NCBI GenBank assembly: GCA_013239625.1
Contig: MU053652.1
Location: 3,040,001-3,104,000, forward strand
Source of the DNA: Lama guanicoe
Lineage: Eukaryota
DNA length: 64,000 bases
Direction: 5' to 3'
Program-made: the position numbers and the translations under genes
Notes under the pieces: model-generated
Databases searched by the model: none
What the model saw: the letters and a program-made list of their open reading frames with translations, nothing else
Told to the model about the DNA's origin: nothing
Shown: piece after piece, positions 38,958-53,096 of the stretch
Layout of the letters: every line of letters begins with the position of its first letter
Position numbering within the stretch: position 1 is the first letter of the stretch

Positions 38958-40725
38958 AACCAGGGAGGTGAAAGACCTATACTCTGAAAACAATGAAGGA
39001 AACTGAAGATGATATAAAGAAATGGCAGGATATTCATGCTCTTGGACTGAAAGAATTAACATTGTTAAAATTGTTAAACAGCCATGCTACCCAAAGCAAT
39101 CTACAGATTTAATGCAATTCCTATCAAAATTCTCATGACATTTTTCACAGAATTTTAGAACAAATGATCCTAAAATTCATATGGAACCACAAAAGATGCC
39201 AAATTTCCAAAGCAATCTTGAGAAAAAAGAACAAAGGTAGCGGTATCACCCTCCCAGGCTTCAGACTATATTGCAAAGCTACAGTAATCAACACAGAATG
39301 ATGCTGGCATAAAAACAGACACATAGATCAATGGAACAGAGTAGAGAGCCCATAAATAAACTGACACACCTATTGTCAGTTAGTCTACAACAAAGGAGGC
39401 CAGAATATACAATGGAGAAAATACAGTGTCTTCAGTAAATGGTGCTGGGAAAACTGGACAGCTACATGTGAAACACCAAGATTAGAGCATTTCCTAACAC
39501 CATATACCAAAATAAACTCAAAATGGATTAAAAGCCTGAAAGTAAGACCTGAAACCACAGAACTCCTAGAAGATGACTTAGGCAGAACATTCTTTTACAT
39601 AAATTGTAGCAATTTTTTAAAGCAAAAGAAATAGAAGCAAATATAAATAAATAGGACCTAATTATACACAGCAAAGGAAACCACTGACAAAATGAAAAGA
39701 CAACCTATGAAATGGGAGAAAAATATTTTCAAATGATATGATCGAAAAGAGGTTAATATGCAAAATATATAAACAGCTCATACAACTCAATATCCAAAAA
39801 GAACAAACAACTCAATGAAAAAATGGACAGAAGACCTGACTAGACATTTTTCCAAAGAAGACATACAGAAGGCATATGAAAAGATACACAACATCACTAA
39901 ATACTAGAGAAATGGAAATCGAAACAACAATGAGATATCACCTCACATCTGTCAAAATGTCACCTATAAATAATAAGTGCTGGAGAGAGTGTGGAGAAAA
40001 GGGAACCCTTGTACAACCATTGATGGGAATGTAAATTGGTGCAGCCACTGTGGAAAACAATATGGAGTTTCCTAAAGAAACTAAAAATAGAATTTCCATA
40101 TGATCCAGTAATTCCACTCCTGGGTATATGCTCAGAAAAAGGGGAAACACTAATTCGAGAAGATGCATGCACCCCAGTGTTCACAGCAGCACTATTTACA
40201 ATAGCCCAGATAATGGAAACAACCCAAGTGCCCATCAACTGACAAATGGATAAAAAAGCTGTGGTTTATATATATAGTGAAATACTACTCAGTCATAAAA
40301 AAGAATGAAATTCTGCCATTTGTAGCAACATAGATGGACCTAGAGAATATTATACTGAATGAAATAAGGCAGAAAAAGACAAATATTATATGATATCACA
40401 TATATGTGGAATCTAAAAGATAATACAAATGAATGTAAATGCAAAATAGAAACAGACTCATGGATATAGAAAACACACTAGTGGTTGCCAAAGGGGAGAA
40501 GGAAGTGGAGAGGAGCATATTAGGGATATGAGATTAAGAGATAAAAACTACTATATATAAAATAGATAAGCTACAAGGATATATTTTATAGCAAAGAGAA
40601 TTATAGTCATTATCTTATGTTAACTTTTAATGGAGTATAATCTGTAAAAATACTGAATCACTATGTTGTACACCTGAAACTAATAAAATGTTGTAAACCA
40701 ACTATACTTCAATTAAAATAAAATA
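38958..40725 (+). mobile_element. 5'-truncated L1 (3' part of ORF2 plus 3'UTR)
   Basis: Well-preserved ORF2 ([43 protein letters not shown]) ending tatacttcaattaaaataaa. Confidence 0.93.
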
Positions 40726-41189
40726 GACCATTATGTATAAATTGTAGCATCTTAAAAATCATAAAGCACATATTTTTAAAGTTGTATTGAGTTTTGTGGA
40801 CATAAATATAAAATTTTTTCTTGGATAATGGATGGAAAAATATTTTTATTGAGCAATATGTTTCTATAAAATTGGTCTTTAAAAGCAAGGAAACACAATA
40901 TTAACAAGCAAGATATTTTGTGGGATATATCTGCATATTTTTCAAGTAATTACCCTTAAAATTTCGATGTACAGTTTTTACAAAATTAAGAAGTATATCA
41001 TACTCCTGCACAGATGGACTTAAAAAGGAAGACTGTTTATCTCTGAACTCTTCTCTGCCATCTCCCCTACTATCAACCAGGATTTTGATTTCATCTTGTT
41101 TTCTTGGTAACTATTTATTTTGATAGAATTTAAAACTTAGAGAAAAGTTGCAAGAATGGTATCTACCCTTAATCCAGACTAAACAACTG

Positions 41190-41600
41190 TGTATATTTCC
41201 CCCTTTTGCTTTATCACTGGTTTTCAGAAATTTGAGCAAAATATGACTCAGGGATGTTTTCTTTTTATTTATTCTGCTTTGGGTTTGTCAGTCTTCTTGA
41301 ATCTATTGATTGATATTTTTCTTCAAATTTGGAAATTTTTTGGCCATTATCTTTTAAAATTTCCACCTCCTCCCCTGACACAATTACCTCCAATTACACA
41401 TAGGTTAGACCATTTGATATTGTCCTACAGGTCACTGAGGCCTTATTCATTTTTCTCATATGATTTATATGTTCTTTATATGCTTCAGTTTGGATAATTT
41501 CTTGTATTATTTTATCAGATTTACTGATATTTTCTTCCTTAGTGTCTAATCTACTATTAAGCCCTTTAATATGATTAGATATTGTATTTTTTCCTATGAA
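41190..41600 (-). mobile_element. Old L1 fragment
   Basis: aaatttggaaattttttggccattat...ccatttgatattgtcctacaggtcactgagg. Confidence 0.65.
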
Positions 41601-43354
41601 GCATGTTAGACTTGCAAAATTCAGTCATAAAAAACCACATAAGCATATTTAATATGCCAAATACTTAAAAAGTAGTGTTATTGAATGTTTTAATTGTATG
41701 AATTGAAGTATCTGACCAGTTTTTGAATAGGGTAATGTATTTCTCTTCCATGTGTGGATATTTCCCCCTGTATTAATTGAGGTTTTGATTGGGTGAAGGT
41801 TTTAATTTGATATAGTGTGTATGTCTATATATATATATATTTTTTTTTCTTTTTACAGAGTGAGTTATGAAACTTCCCAGGAGAACTTCCAAAAGTGCTC
41901 ATGGACCAACATGAGGACTTCAGGGGAGCTAGGGAATCTCCCTGAGGGGTATCAGTGAGCCAACTCTTGCACCTTGTCAAATGATGTCTCTTCCCTGAAG
42001 ACAAAGTCTTAGGTAAAAGTTAAAGTTTGTACTTGTGGAGGAGCTGCCTAAGAAAAAGGAAGAAGAGTACTTTCTGCTCCAACCTCCAGCATATTGGTAA
42101 CCACTCAAAGATGTCTGAACATATAAGGGATAAAAGGGCAGGCATTGGGGAAACAGATTGGATTCCTTGCAGATCCAATTACATAAAGTTCAAACGTTGT
42201 TTCAGTTGCTGTTTAGAGGCTATTTTCACATTCCAAATTATGAATTTGAACACCTGAAATGCATGTGATATTGTAATAACTATTCATGTGATCAGCTTTC
42301 CAATAACTATTTAGCTTTATTAGTTTCCTCAAATCCAAATCAATATCTTTTTCGCTTGGCTTATATTTAAACTGTATCTAAAACTCAAAATTTCTCTGTA
42401 CCTGCTCATGGGTTCCTGAATTATCCCTTCTCAAAGCTTTTATTCCCAGGAATCACCAAACAGAAGTCCCCCAATTGCTCTGATTAAAGACTTCCTATCA
42501 GTTACCATCAGAGGGCGACTTTCAATAATTTCCTGGATCCAGGCTCCCTCTTGGGGTATAATTCTAAATTGCTCCTTATTATCAGTCCTTTCCTCTTCCA
42601 TTAAATCTCCCTAGGACACAATCATTTTCCCAGACCTACAAAACATCTCCACAACTCTTTCCTAGCCTAGTCCCCAAATGTAAAAGCAGTTAGGTCCATA
42701 TAAACTCAGAGAGAGTTTCTTCTTTTCTTTTATATAAGACTAGTTTTTGACATTTCAGATCTCATGTCTTCCTCTAAGAATCAATCTCTCTTCATTAATT
42801 TACTGATATCTCACTAGTTTGCCTCCTGTCGTTTCTATAGCTAACATTTTCCAGCCATAGTTCTCTCTTCATTTGAAACACCCAGTGGATTGGCCCTGCC
42901 TGCTGATCAGGGCACTTCCACTGTTTCTGGACCCGCCTAACTCCGTAAGTGAAGACATACATTGCAGGCTCCCTACAGTGAATTTTCAACCTTTGTGATG
43001 GTAATGTTTCATTCTTCTTGTAAGAATAGGCCTCTTCCTCTTTGTCTAGTCATTGCTATACTGCCATGGTATTTACAAATGTGAATGGGTCAGAACTGAT
43101 GGATATATCAGAGCCAAACTGAAAGCACATAGCAGAGGTGGGTAAGGAGGGAAATGCCCATGAGAGGCTTTGGATAAGCCATATAAATCCCCTGATTCCG
43201 GCTTCACCCTAATTTTTCCTTGCACCTAGTATTTCCTCTTTATGCACAAGATAAAAAGGAAGAAGGATTCAGTACTACCAATAATGCCTAGCGCTAATAA
43301 ATCAAATCCCAAATCTCACATAGTCAATCCAGAATTTTTCAGCTGGGTTTTCAG

Positions 43355-44730
43355 CTACTTATTCAATCAGCAAATATTTGCTGAGTGTCTACTGGGTATC
43401 AAGTACTATTGTTCCAGGCACTGGGGATAAAGTAGTGAACCCAGCATGCAAAATCCTTGCCACAATGCAGTGTACGTTCCCCTGAAGGAGATGGATAAGA
43501 AATTTTAAAAATATATACATTCAGGCAAATCTAAAGGCTTTAAAGAATAATGAAGTATAATAAAGAGATAGAGTGTGATTGGGAGAGAGTATCTTACTGG
43601 AGTGGCAAAGGAAGACCTGTTTTATAAGGTGACACTTGCCCAGAAAAATGAATGGAGTACAGGTGTAGGCCATAGGGAGTCCTTGGTGAAGAGTGTTCCA
43701 GCAAATAGAATTAACAGAAGCCCTGAAAGGGAATGACCTTAGTCCTGAAAGGAGTAGCAAGAAGTCCAAGATGGCAAGAGTTGCCACCATGATGGAGAGA
43801 CTAGCAGGAGATGAAGGCAGGAAGAAGGGTAATCTTGTATAACTTAGTAAGGAGTTTGGATTTGATTTTAAAGGTGATAAGGTATTGACAGGTTTTGAGC
43901 AGGAGAATTCTGATTTTTTTTTAAACTTTAAAAAAGATCTATTTACAGAAATACATTTGCTTCTTTCCTTTCTCTTCTCCTTGTGTTTAATACGGTCTCT
44001 GGGCTTGACTAGGTGTTCATAAGGACATAAGTGAAGCAGGCCCACTGTGTAAACTCAGGGAAATGGCACACTTGGGCCATAGTTCTTAGACTTTCTAAGA
44101 GCCTGAGAAAGATCACTTAGAACTCTTTCCTATAAAATGTCTTTGATTCCTTAAGGGAAATAGAGCTGATAAGACCTGCCAACATGCGTCTCATCGCTGC
44201 CTGATATTTTCTTCACTCTCTAACATGACTTCCCTTTTCCCCCATCTTCTGCAAAGAAGATTCATCTCAAAGAAAGCTGCAATTGTGTTTTGGCAGCCCA
44301 GAGTGCAAGGGGGCTTTGGCTTGGACCAGGGTTGTTGAAAAGCAGTCAGACTTGGAATGTATTTGGAAAATGAAATGATTGAATGTGTAGTTGAGGGAAT
44401 AAGAGGAATCAAGGATAACTCCAAAGCTTTCTGCCTGAACAACAGAATGAATGGCAGTGCTATTTATTGAGATGGGAAAGACAGAGGGAGGAATACAGCG
44501 GGAGGGAGTATCAAGAATTATTTTGAACCTGTCAAGTCTGAGATGAAATCTGAGATGCCTGTTAGCTTCCAAGAGCAGATGTAAACTGCAATTGCACATA
44601 CCCCCTAAACAGAATGTCAGTTCCAAGGGGACAGGGGTTTTTGTCTGTTTTGTTTACTACTGTATACCTGGGACCCGGTGAGGGCCTAGCACACAGCAGC
44701 TGTTTGATAAATATCTGCTGAATGAATGAA
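43355..44730. mobile_element. L2 fragments (minus 43355-43930 and 44310-44570; plus-strand 3' end 44600-44730)
   Basis: L2 termini attcaatcagcaaatatttgctgag and gataaatatctgctgaatgaatgaa. Confidence 0.75.
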
Positions 44731-45829
44731 CAAAAAGTGAGTAAATACGAGTCTGAGACTTTTGTAGTTTGAAATACTGGCCTGTAGCACTTGCTTGCTG
44801 AGTAGAATGGCAGGAAATAAATTGTGGCAACAAATACCATTTATTAATACTTAAAATAGTGAGAGAAAGCCAGATCCAAGGGGCCTCTTCCCTCTATCTG
44901 AACTCAAGTTCAAACTTCTGGATTGGCCTGCCACATGGAGGAGAGGAGAACGTGGGGATTAGAGGTCCAGAGCCCCAACAGAGGGGTGAGCCAGACCATG
45001 TATGTGATCTTTTGATGTATAAGAGCTCCCCAAAGAATACAGGGAACCCAAACAATGATATAAATTTCCTTCTTGCCAGAGGAAAGCAAAGTGGAAAAGT
45101 GAGAAAGAAGCAGCTTCCCAAAGAGCTCCCTCCCCACCCCCAACCCCCATCACCCTAAGTCTACAATACAAAATACTGAAGTTCTTAAAGCTTTTGCCAG
45201 TGTTGAAATTCAATATATAGTTTGGTATGAAAATGTACAGGAAGATATATATAGTTCACTATGATTACATATTATCCTACATCATTCTTGTCGGCTGTCA
45301 CACTATGAAAAGTCTGCTGTTATTTGGAAGAACTTGAAGGACCAAGGAAATTTAAAAAGAAAGGGGATGGGAGGAAGCTTCTTGGCTTCAACCTCTCTGA
45401 AATGCCAATGAATTAGTGCTAGTTGCCTTGTCTACCTTTTGTGGGTGGACTCAATTGTGAAACTATTATCTCCCATATCAGGGTAGAATTCTGCAATATT
45501 AACAAATAGTCTTGAAGAGACGCATCTGAATCGATCACATCTATTTCCTAAAGCATTCAGTCTTACAACTGGGTCTTTGATGCTTGCACTTGCAAGCTAA
45601 GATTCTGCGACCTTATTCTCTGGTGCCATTAAGCTGGATCAGGAAGAAAACTCTGAAGAGATAAGAGAATGAAACATGTCAGTGGGGTTGGGAAGGTGCC
45701 ATGAATGGGAAAGCACAGCTTCTGCTCCTCTGTGTCATATCCCATCAAAATGTTTAGAAATTTGCCGTAATGCTCAGCTCCAGTCTCAAGGTTTTTCCTG
45801 AGACCACCTTCTATCTCTTATTGTCCATC

Positions 45830-45871
45830 GTGCGTGTGTGTGTGTGTCTGTGTGTGTGTGTGTGTGTGTGT
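45830..45871. repeat. (TG)n microsatellite, imperfect
   Basis: Read directly from the sequence. Confidence 0.95.
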
Positions 45872-47579
45872 ATAAACACGTTTTTCCCTTTTGTTTCCCC
45901 TATGGTCCCCATATCCCTGACATTCCAGGCTAAATTGAGTGAAAATTCTGTGTAGAGAGACAGCTTCCACTCTCTCTTATGAGTAGATATCCCATTTTTT
46001 TTAATGTTTTAAATATGTGTGGTTTATTGTAGGGCAACTATACCTCAATTATACCTCAATAAAGCTATTCAGAGCAATAACAGAAATGATCATCCTGTAC
46101 TATAAAGCATAAAAAACCAATTCAACAATTAGGTACTCTAAGGTCAGTGTGCATGTATCTAGTAAACTAGAAGCATATACATCAAAATGTATCAATCATC
46201 ACCTGCATCATGAGATGGTGAATTATATATGTTTTCTTTTTGTTTATCCGCATTTTCCTAAATATTCGTGTTGAACATGTACTACTTGTGTCATAGACAA
46301 AAGTACAGGAATGCTCTCTAAAAAGTATCAATAAAGTCTTTTTAGAAGGGAGGGATATTTTTCTTTTTTTCCTTTTTATCTTCGTTCTGACTGGTGAGTG
46401 GCATCTTTCCTCTCCCAGGAGAGCAATGTAACGCGGTTGGTTCCAAGACTGTGGGAAAGTATCAGAACTACGAATCAAAACAGGTCTAAAGCAAAACTCA
46501 TTTCTCTGCTCCAAATGGGAGCTTTCTTCCTAGGAGTGACCGCAGCTAAACAGAGAGAGGGGCTCCATCCTGGGAATGCTTTGCAACATTATGGACTTTG
46601 ACATGCCACCTTTATCCAAGATTTCCCACATCTCCCTCATCCCCAACTAACTCTTCCCTTCCTCTTTGGGGCTTGGCACTTCCATTCTATCTACCTTATA
46701 AAATCCACCGATTTTTGCCCTGAGATGGAAAATGGATAGTCTTAACAGAAATAGAGCAGTTTTAATAATATAACTGAAAGGCCCTTATTATATCCCATAT
46801 TTTAAATAGATCTACAAATAAATCTTATGACCTTGAATTTCCCAGATTCTCAATCCCCTGCTCTTTTTTGTATGTCTATTTCTGGCAGTCTTTCTTAGCC
46901 CCCTATTTATTCCAGGGTGGCTATTACTGCTGCTACATTCTCCTCCTCATAAAATTCATTAACTCTGAAAATCATTTTCCATTCATTCATTGCTGAATAG
47001 TACTAGTTCTATTCAGATGTGGTATTGGTCAACAGATGAGATGAATGAATTTTTAAACCCTGGTCCCACTCTGCCCACGGATGGAAGGCAGGTTGCTAGA
47101 CAAAGCTTTCTGCCCAGTCTCCGGTTTCTAGCAGGCTTTCATTTTTGCTTCACCATGGAGACAACTTCCTGAAACCCCTATTTTCTTGTTTTCCAGTATC
47201 TGAACCAATACAGAACATTACCACTACAGCTGCAGCGTTCACTGCAGCCAGGATGTTGAAGTAGTTGAGGTGCCAAGCGTATCTCCTCCCCCTGTAGGTT
47301 CTGAAGCAAATTAATAAAAACATGCAAGAATCAGATAAGTTTGAAGTATCAGTTTTTGCTAGAGGCTAGTTTGGAGTCTGTAGCTGGGACCTGAATCAAA
47401 TTGGCTTTCTAATACATCCCCTTGGTCCCCAGATAACCTACCACATGTTGGTGGCAGGTTGTCTGAGAAAGTGAGAGCCAAAAATGGGATTAACTTCCTA
47501 CCCTTTTTTGGCACTATATGTCACTACTTATTCACTGCAGAATGAAAGAAGGGTGGATGCTACCATACTAATACTTTTT

Positions 47580-47675
47580 TTTTTGAATGAAGGTAGATTT
47601 ATTCAGAGAGATACATTGAAAAGCAAGAGAAAGGCCACAAGGTGTAGGGGTTGGGTGCTCAGTTTAAAAGTAGGT
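47580..47675 (-). mobile_element. Short polyadenylated retro-insertion with AATAAA, resembling an LTR U3/R region
   Basis: 16-bp TSD catac(t/c)aatacttttt at 47564-47579 and 47676-47691. Minus strand ends ...AATAAATCTACCTTCATTC-poly(A). Confidence 0.8.
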
Positions 47676-48229
47676 CATACCAATACTTTTTAAAAGGTAG
47701 AATTTTCTGTTTTATAAGCAGTTAGAAATAAGAAAGGAAGAAAATGTTCCACAAAGAGTTCTTCCTGCCTTATGCCATCACTTAATGCTCTTTATGCTTA
47801 AGGTCACATCTCCCAGAATGCACTGGGCCACCTCAAGCACCCCCTCCTTACTACCCCACATTTCTCTGGGGTGTGAGGTCTCCATCTAGACGTGGAAAGT
47901 AGTGGATGTGAAGGGATGAGGAGGAACCATTCTTAGGTCCCAACATAGATCAACCTGAGCTTTGGTTTGATGTATGGGAAGAAGGATTTGGAAAGAAGAT
48001 AATCAGTGGGGAATGTGTGATACATTCACATTATCTTCCCTCAGATCCTCTCTGTTCAAGCAAATCCTGGCTCTGCCATGAACTCAAGCCTAGTAGTTTG
48101 TTTCGATCTGATTTATCTGCCTTATATCTGGCAACACGGGCTTGTTCATTAAGCTTTGGTACTTTGCGTGAGTTTTAAGTCTTTTTCTATATCTTCAAAA
48201 GTTGCAAATTCAAGGCTCTCTTCTCTTTT

Positions 48230-49830
48230 CTCATCTCTTTCCGTGATTTCTGTAGCTCCTTTCTCCTGGTTCTCCAACCTCTAGCCACGCCTTTCAGTGT
48301 CCTTTACACCATCCACTCGTAAGGCTCTCCTTTGGTGTTTGCTTTGTCTGAGGCTCTGTTCCTATGCTTTAGTCTCTTTTTCAGCTCACCGTTTCTCCTG
48401 CTCGATCTCATCTACTCCAATGGCTTCAACTAGCACATATAATTGAAGCTGATTCCCAAATGTAATTCTTCCCCGAACCTCTCTCTCCCTTGAGCTCCAG
48501 ACCCATATTTTAAACCATTTACTAAACACTGTCCCCACCTGCACCAAACTCAATTGACCAAATCCAAAATTCATCATTTATTTCCCAAACTGACTCCATC
48601 TCCTTTATTCTATACTTTGGTAAATTGCATCTACATTGACTCATATAGCTGAGCTAGAAATGTGACTATAATATCCATGAGCCCATGGATCCTATTAGTT
48701 ACCAAGTCCTATTAATTTTACCTTCCTAACTTCTTTCAGATATCCTTCTTTTGTCCTTCTTCACTGTCACTATCTTGTTTCAGAGCAAATATTAGTTTAG
48801 GTTATTTTGGTTGCAAACAACAGAAATAAACTGACTACTTTAAGCAAAAAGGGGGATGATTATTTGAAAAGACATTGGGAAAGCTCACAGAATTGAAGGG
48901 AAAACTGAATAACCATGCTTCAGGGAAGACTTGATCTGGGGCATCTCTGGGGACCTCAGCAGGTGGAGCTCAAATTTTCTGTCTGAGACATTGTATAAGG
49001 TAACTCAGCTACAATCATCTTTCATCTCTCTGTCTTTATCAAACTTTCAAATTCCTAACAGGGAGAATCTGGTCAGCGATCTTTTAATAAGTCATCCAGG
49101 GGTAGGAGAGAAGGGTGAGTGACAAAAATTTGTAACCACTTCAGACCCTTATAACTTCTCAACCCTTGCTCAATACTGCCATAGCCTTCTCAAAGGCCTC
49201 TGTATCTTTCCAATCTATAGTTCACACTGCCACCATTTCCATATTTTAAAAATACGTATTGTTCAATGTACCCTGACTTAACACCCCCCCCCCGCAAGAG
49301 TTCTTCATTACTCACTGAATAACCTACAAGCTTCTATTAGGGACTTCACTCTAGGATTTGGACCCTGGCTTCCTCTCTAGTCTCATCTCTTGCTACCTTT
49401 TCATTAAATCTTACATTCCAGGCATACTATGGTCACTGGCAATTCTGCTAAAGAAGCCATGCTTTGTTCTAGGTTCATGTTTTTGCTTATGTTGCTCCCT
49501 CTTTCTCAAATGCCTGTTTTCTTTTCTTTTCACTTGGTTAACTCACACTCATTTTTGCAGGCTCAGTTTAAGGATTAGTGTCAAACCTCTCCCAGTCTCT
49601 TCTCATCAAGGTTAAGTGCTTTTCCTCTCTGCTCTGATAGCGTCCCAAACTTATCACTAGCACGGGCATTGCAATGTGTTGCATTCAACTCTTTCCTTGT
49701 CTCTCTTTCCAGTTAAACTGTGAGCTCTTTGAGGCTGAAGACTACATATGATTTACGTTTGGTTCCCATTACTTAGGACAGTGCCTAACATATCATAAAT
49801 GTTTGGTAAATATATTGAAATAAACAAATA
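48230..49830 (+). mobile_element. L2 interrupted by a probable MLT fragment (~48790-49110)
   Basis: ctctcccttgagctccagacccatatt; 3' end acagtgcctaacatatcataaatgtttggtaaatatattgaa. Confidence 0.72.
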
Positions 49831-50215
49831 TTAATTTTGTATGCCTAATATACAAAGCACTGTGGGTGGAACAAATATATGTGAAATTCATATTTCACTT
49901 TCAAGGAGCTGACTGCCTAGGAGGCAAACAACCTGCACGTAAGAAAAATACAGGTAGAACAACCACTTACTATATAATTGCATGCGCAAAAAAAGTACCT
50001 ACAGGCTAGCGTTTGGGATTGGATTGATGTGGAAAGTCTTCTCTGAAGAAGCAAAGCCTGCCTAGGAGCGTAAAAAGAGAAGACGACTCGGATGGTTTGA
50101 AGAGGTTGGGGAGAGAGTTTTAAGTTTGGAGCATAAGAGAAATTCTCACTGTGGTTGAAGAATAGGGTGAAAACATTGGCTAAGGAGGAGGTTGGTTAAG
50201 ATACAGTGAAAAGGT

Positions 50216-50217
<2 letters not shown>

Positions 50218-50251
<34 letters not shown>
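50218..50251. repeat. (TG)n perfect microsatellite
   Basis: Read directly from the sequence. Confidence 0.97.
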
Positions 50252-50252
<1 letters not shown>

Positions 50253-51369
50253 CGGAAGTCATAGATTAGAAAAACAAATTGGAGCAGATTGGAGCAGATT
50301 TTGTTTAAAGTCTCTGACTCCGACATAGAACACCTCAGCATTCTAGATTGCCTTTTCATCACAAATTCCCTGTGTCTCTTCTAGAACATTTTCAAAATGG
50401 ATAGTTTCCGTGTCAAGGAATCTTCCCTTTCTCCTTGAACAAAGATTTCCTGATGTCCCTCAAGGTATTGTACACCAGATCTTTCTATTCTTATTTTAGG
50501 TGTAGTTTTTGTGTTTGTGTGTATGTTTTTTCCCCGCCCTGGGTTGCAGGCAAGCAGCACAAGACTTGTACCTCCCAATTTGTTGGCTCCTATTTAATTT
50601 CATTTCAGTTTACACATGAGCTGGACTCACAATTCCAGAAAAGCTGAAGGTGAGGAAAGGGTGAAAAGCCCCCTGGTCTATTTCCTTGAAGAGAACTTTC
50701 AGAGGTTTCTCAGTGGAGTTACACATTCTAGACAATCACATTTAGGGCTCCTGCCTAGACAACCAAACTAGACATAAACTGAACAATTGCCTATCGACAC
50801 TCTTAAAACTAACACAGATCTTCCCTCCAAACCCATGGGCTTTCTAGCAGCTTGGGCTAATAGTCCTTATCAAAGCTCCACTGAATTGTCAGGGCCCCCA
50901 TAATTTGATTTCATGCTGTCTCTCCACTTTTTGTCTTACTGCTGAAAACAACAGTAGCAACAAAACAAAGCCAAAACCCAAACCAAATAACCTTCCAGTC
51001 AGGCCGCTTCACACACCACCCTACAAGGCCCAGCTCAAGCTCCAAGTCCTTTGGGAAGCAACCGCCTCAAGCCTCACTGGCCTCTCTTTTCTCTAAATGG
51101 TAGATTCTACCTCATTGACTTTTGTCTTCCATTTGAAACTGTCTCTATCAAAGAGGTAGCAATTCCCTGCCCCACCCACTCCCCACACCAAAATATACAC
51201 ACACTATTCCCAGCTTCTCAGGCCTAACATCTGGGAAAGTATGATTGTATTGGGGGAGGGGAGGTATACATTAAAGGATGGCTGCTCTTCCAAATTTCCC
51301 CCACAACTGACACACGAATTGATTTTATTTCAGCTCTTTATGTTGGTAAGTCTCACCATGATCATGGAC

Positions 51370-51460
51370 TCAGAATGTCACCTTTAAATCATTTGGTTAA
51401 CTCTCCACTTTTAACAGATGAGGAAATTGAGGCCCTGGGAGATGAAGTGACTTACCCAAT
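51370..51460 (-). mobile_element. MIR
   Basis: ttaacagatgaggaaattgaggccctgggagatgaagtgacttaccc. Confidence 0.75.
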
Positions 51461-51779
51461 ATGTTAACATGTATTTGTCATTAGTGTTCCACATTTAACA
51501 ATCACTTCCTCTTCCCTCCCCGCATTTACCAACTAAACTTAAGTTCTTGAGGGCAAGGATCATGACATCTTGTGCATTTTCTACATTCACAGCAGCATTG
51601 ATGAGTCTTCTCTTGTTTCCCATCCAGGATCAAGAAGGCGCCGGGCACACAGAAAGTGCTAAGGAAAGGATGTTTGGGTCTAACTGAACCCCTGCAGAGT
51701 GTGGACTATTTAGAGGCACTGAGTTTGGCCTCTGAGTGAATACCTGCCTTGGGTTGGCCCACTTAGCAGTGGAAGAGCA

Positions 51780-51802
51780 ATGGGCCGAAAGAGATATGCT
51801 AA
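51780..51802 (+). CDS. TSGA13: TSGA13 first coding exon, coding part MGRKRYA(K); exon probably starts at 51628
   Basis: GCAATGG start resembles the recalled human MSQKRQTK. Ends AA|gtgtgt in phase 2, matching the next exon. Acceptor ttcccatccag ends at 51627. Confidence 0.75.
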
Positions 51803-53096
51803 GTGTGTGGTCTTGTTTGCCCGACTACGTTATGAATACCTTCTTATACAGACTTATTTTGTAGCCCACATCACTTTGAACAGTGCTAATCAGAGTAGAC
51901 ACTCATTAAAAACATTTTAATTGACTGGCTGTCCTCGGATCAAACACCAGATCTTGGTCTGTGCTTCGTGCAGTAGCCAGAGTAGTTTCAGCAAAAAGAA
52001 AGCAGCAGGCTGTCAGAGGTGGACACCGCTGGGCTGAAGGAGCATTTTTCATGCAGCACTATGCCTTAAATTGGCCTTGAAGACGAGTGTCTGGGATCCT
52101 GTGCTGCCTTTTAGATACCAGAGAATCATTTTTGAAAAGTGCTATAATACATATTATAACACATTATTAATTATTAGATAACTTAAGGTAACAGGACACA
52201 TCAAAAGGGCACCAACTTTAAGATGTTTAGTGGGGATGCATTTATTTTAGTCTATCCACAATATGTCACCAGCTCCCCTTGGGACTATTTTTAAGACCTC
52301 TAGCCTGAGTCAATGATGCAGCTGGTGGCCAGCAATAGATGCAAGTGAGCCATACTTGGATGGGGTTTGATCCTGGATTTAGGATTGTTGTACCACGCCA
52401 TAGCGAGTTGACCTACCAACTACATAGCTTGGCTGTTTCTGCTTTTCTTATTTTGGCCCTTACTCTGCCACCCTCATTTTTAAAGGAGAGAGGTCTAGTT
52501 GAGGTAGTTCCAGGATCTGACTTAATTTAAGCTAGTTTAACCTCCAGTGAGAAAGCAGGCCATTTATTTTAATCATTAACCCAGTCTTATTGTTGAGTAT
52601 CTTTCACTACGTTCAGGAAGTGAATGGGTTTAATAAGAATCAGTCAAGGAGTCCAAAATACTTTGTTAGTAAATACTGCAACTTTTGTCCCTCTCCTTCT
52701 TTTCCCCAAGGGGAACTGGTATCTGGAGGAGGGTAATGGGAAAGTAAGTGAAAATACAGATTATGAGAATAGTTGCCATTGATGATTATTTTTACTACCT
52801 TAATTCTAGGTAGGGAAACTTAGATGTGGTTAGGTACATGAGGAATCCAGTACTCCAAGTACAATCAGTAAGAATTGGAAATTTAGTTGTGAAGTTCCAC
52901 TAACTATATTCCTTCTCATGGAATCACTGGCTAATTGTTGGCAAAGGCAGAGCCATTCCCATGTAGAAAAGAATAGGCAGGTAGGCATTCAAAACATTAG
53001 GTGGTCTTTAAAGGTATTATAATGGTCCAGTTGCCCAGAAGAATTTGCTTAAGCTGTCTACCAGACTACTGCCTTGAGTGGTCTAAAACCCCTGTA

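Noticed and set aside
43521..44045. 174-aa minus-strand ORF
   Set aside because: It mostly overlaps a degenerate L2 element.
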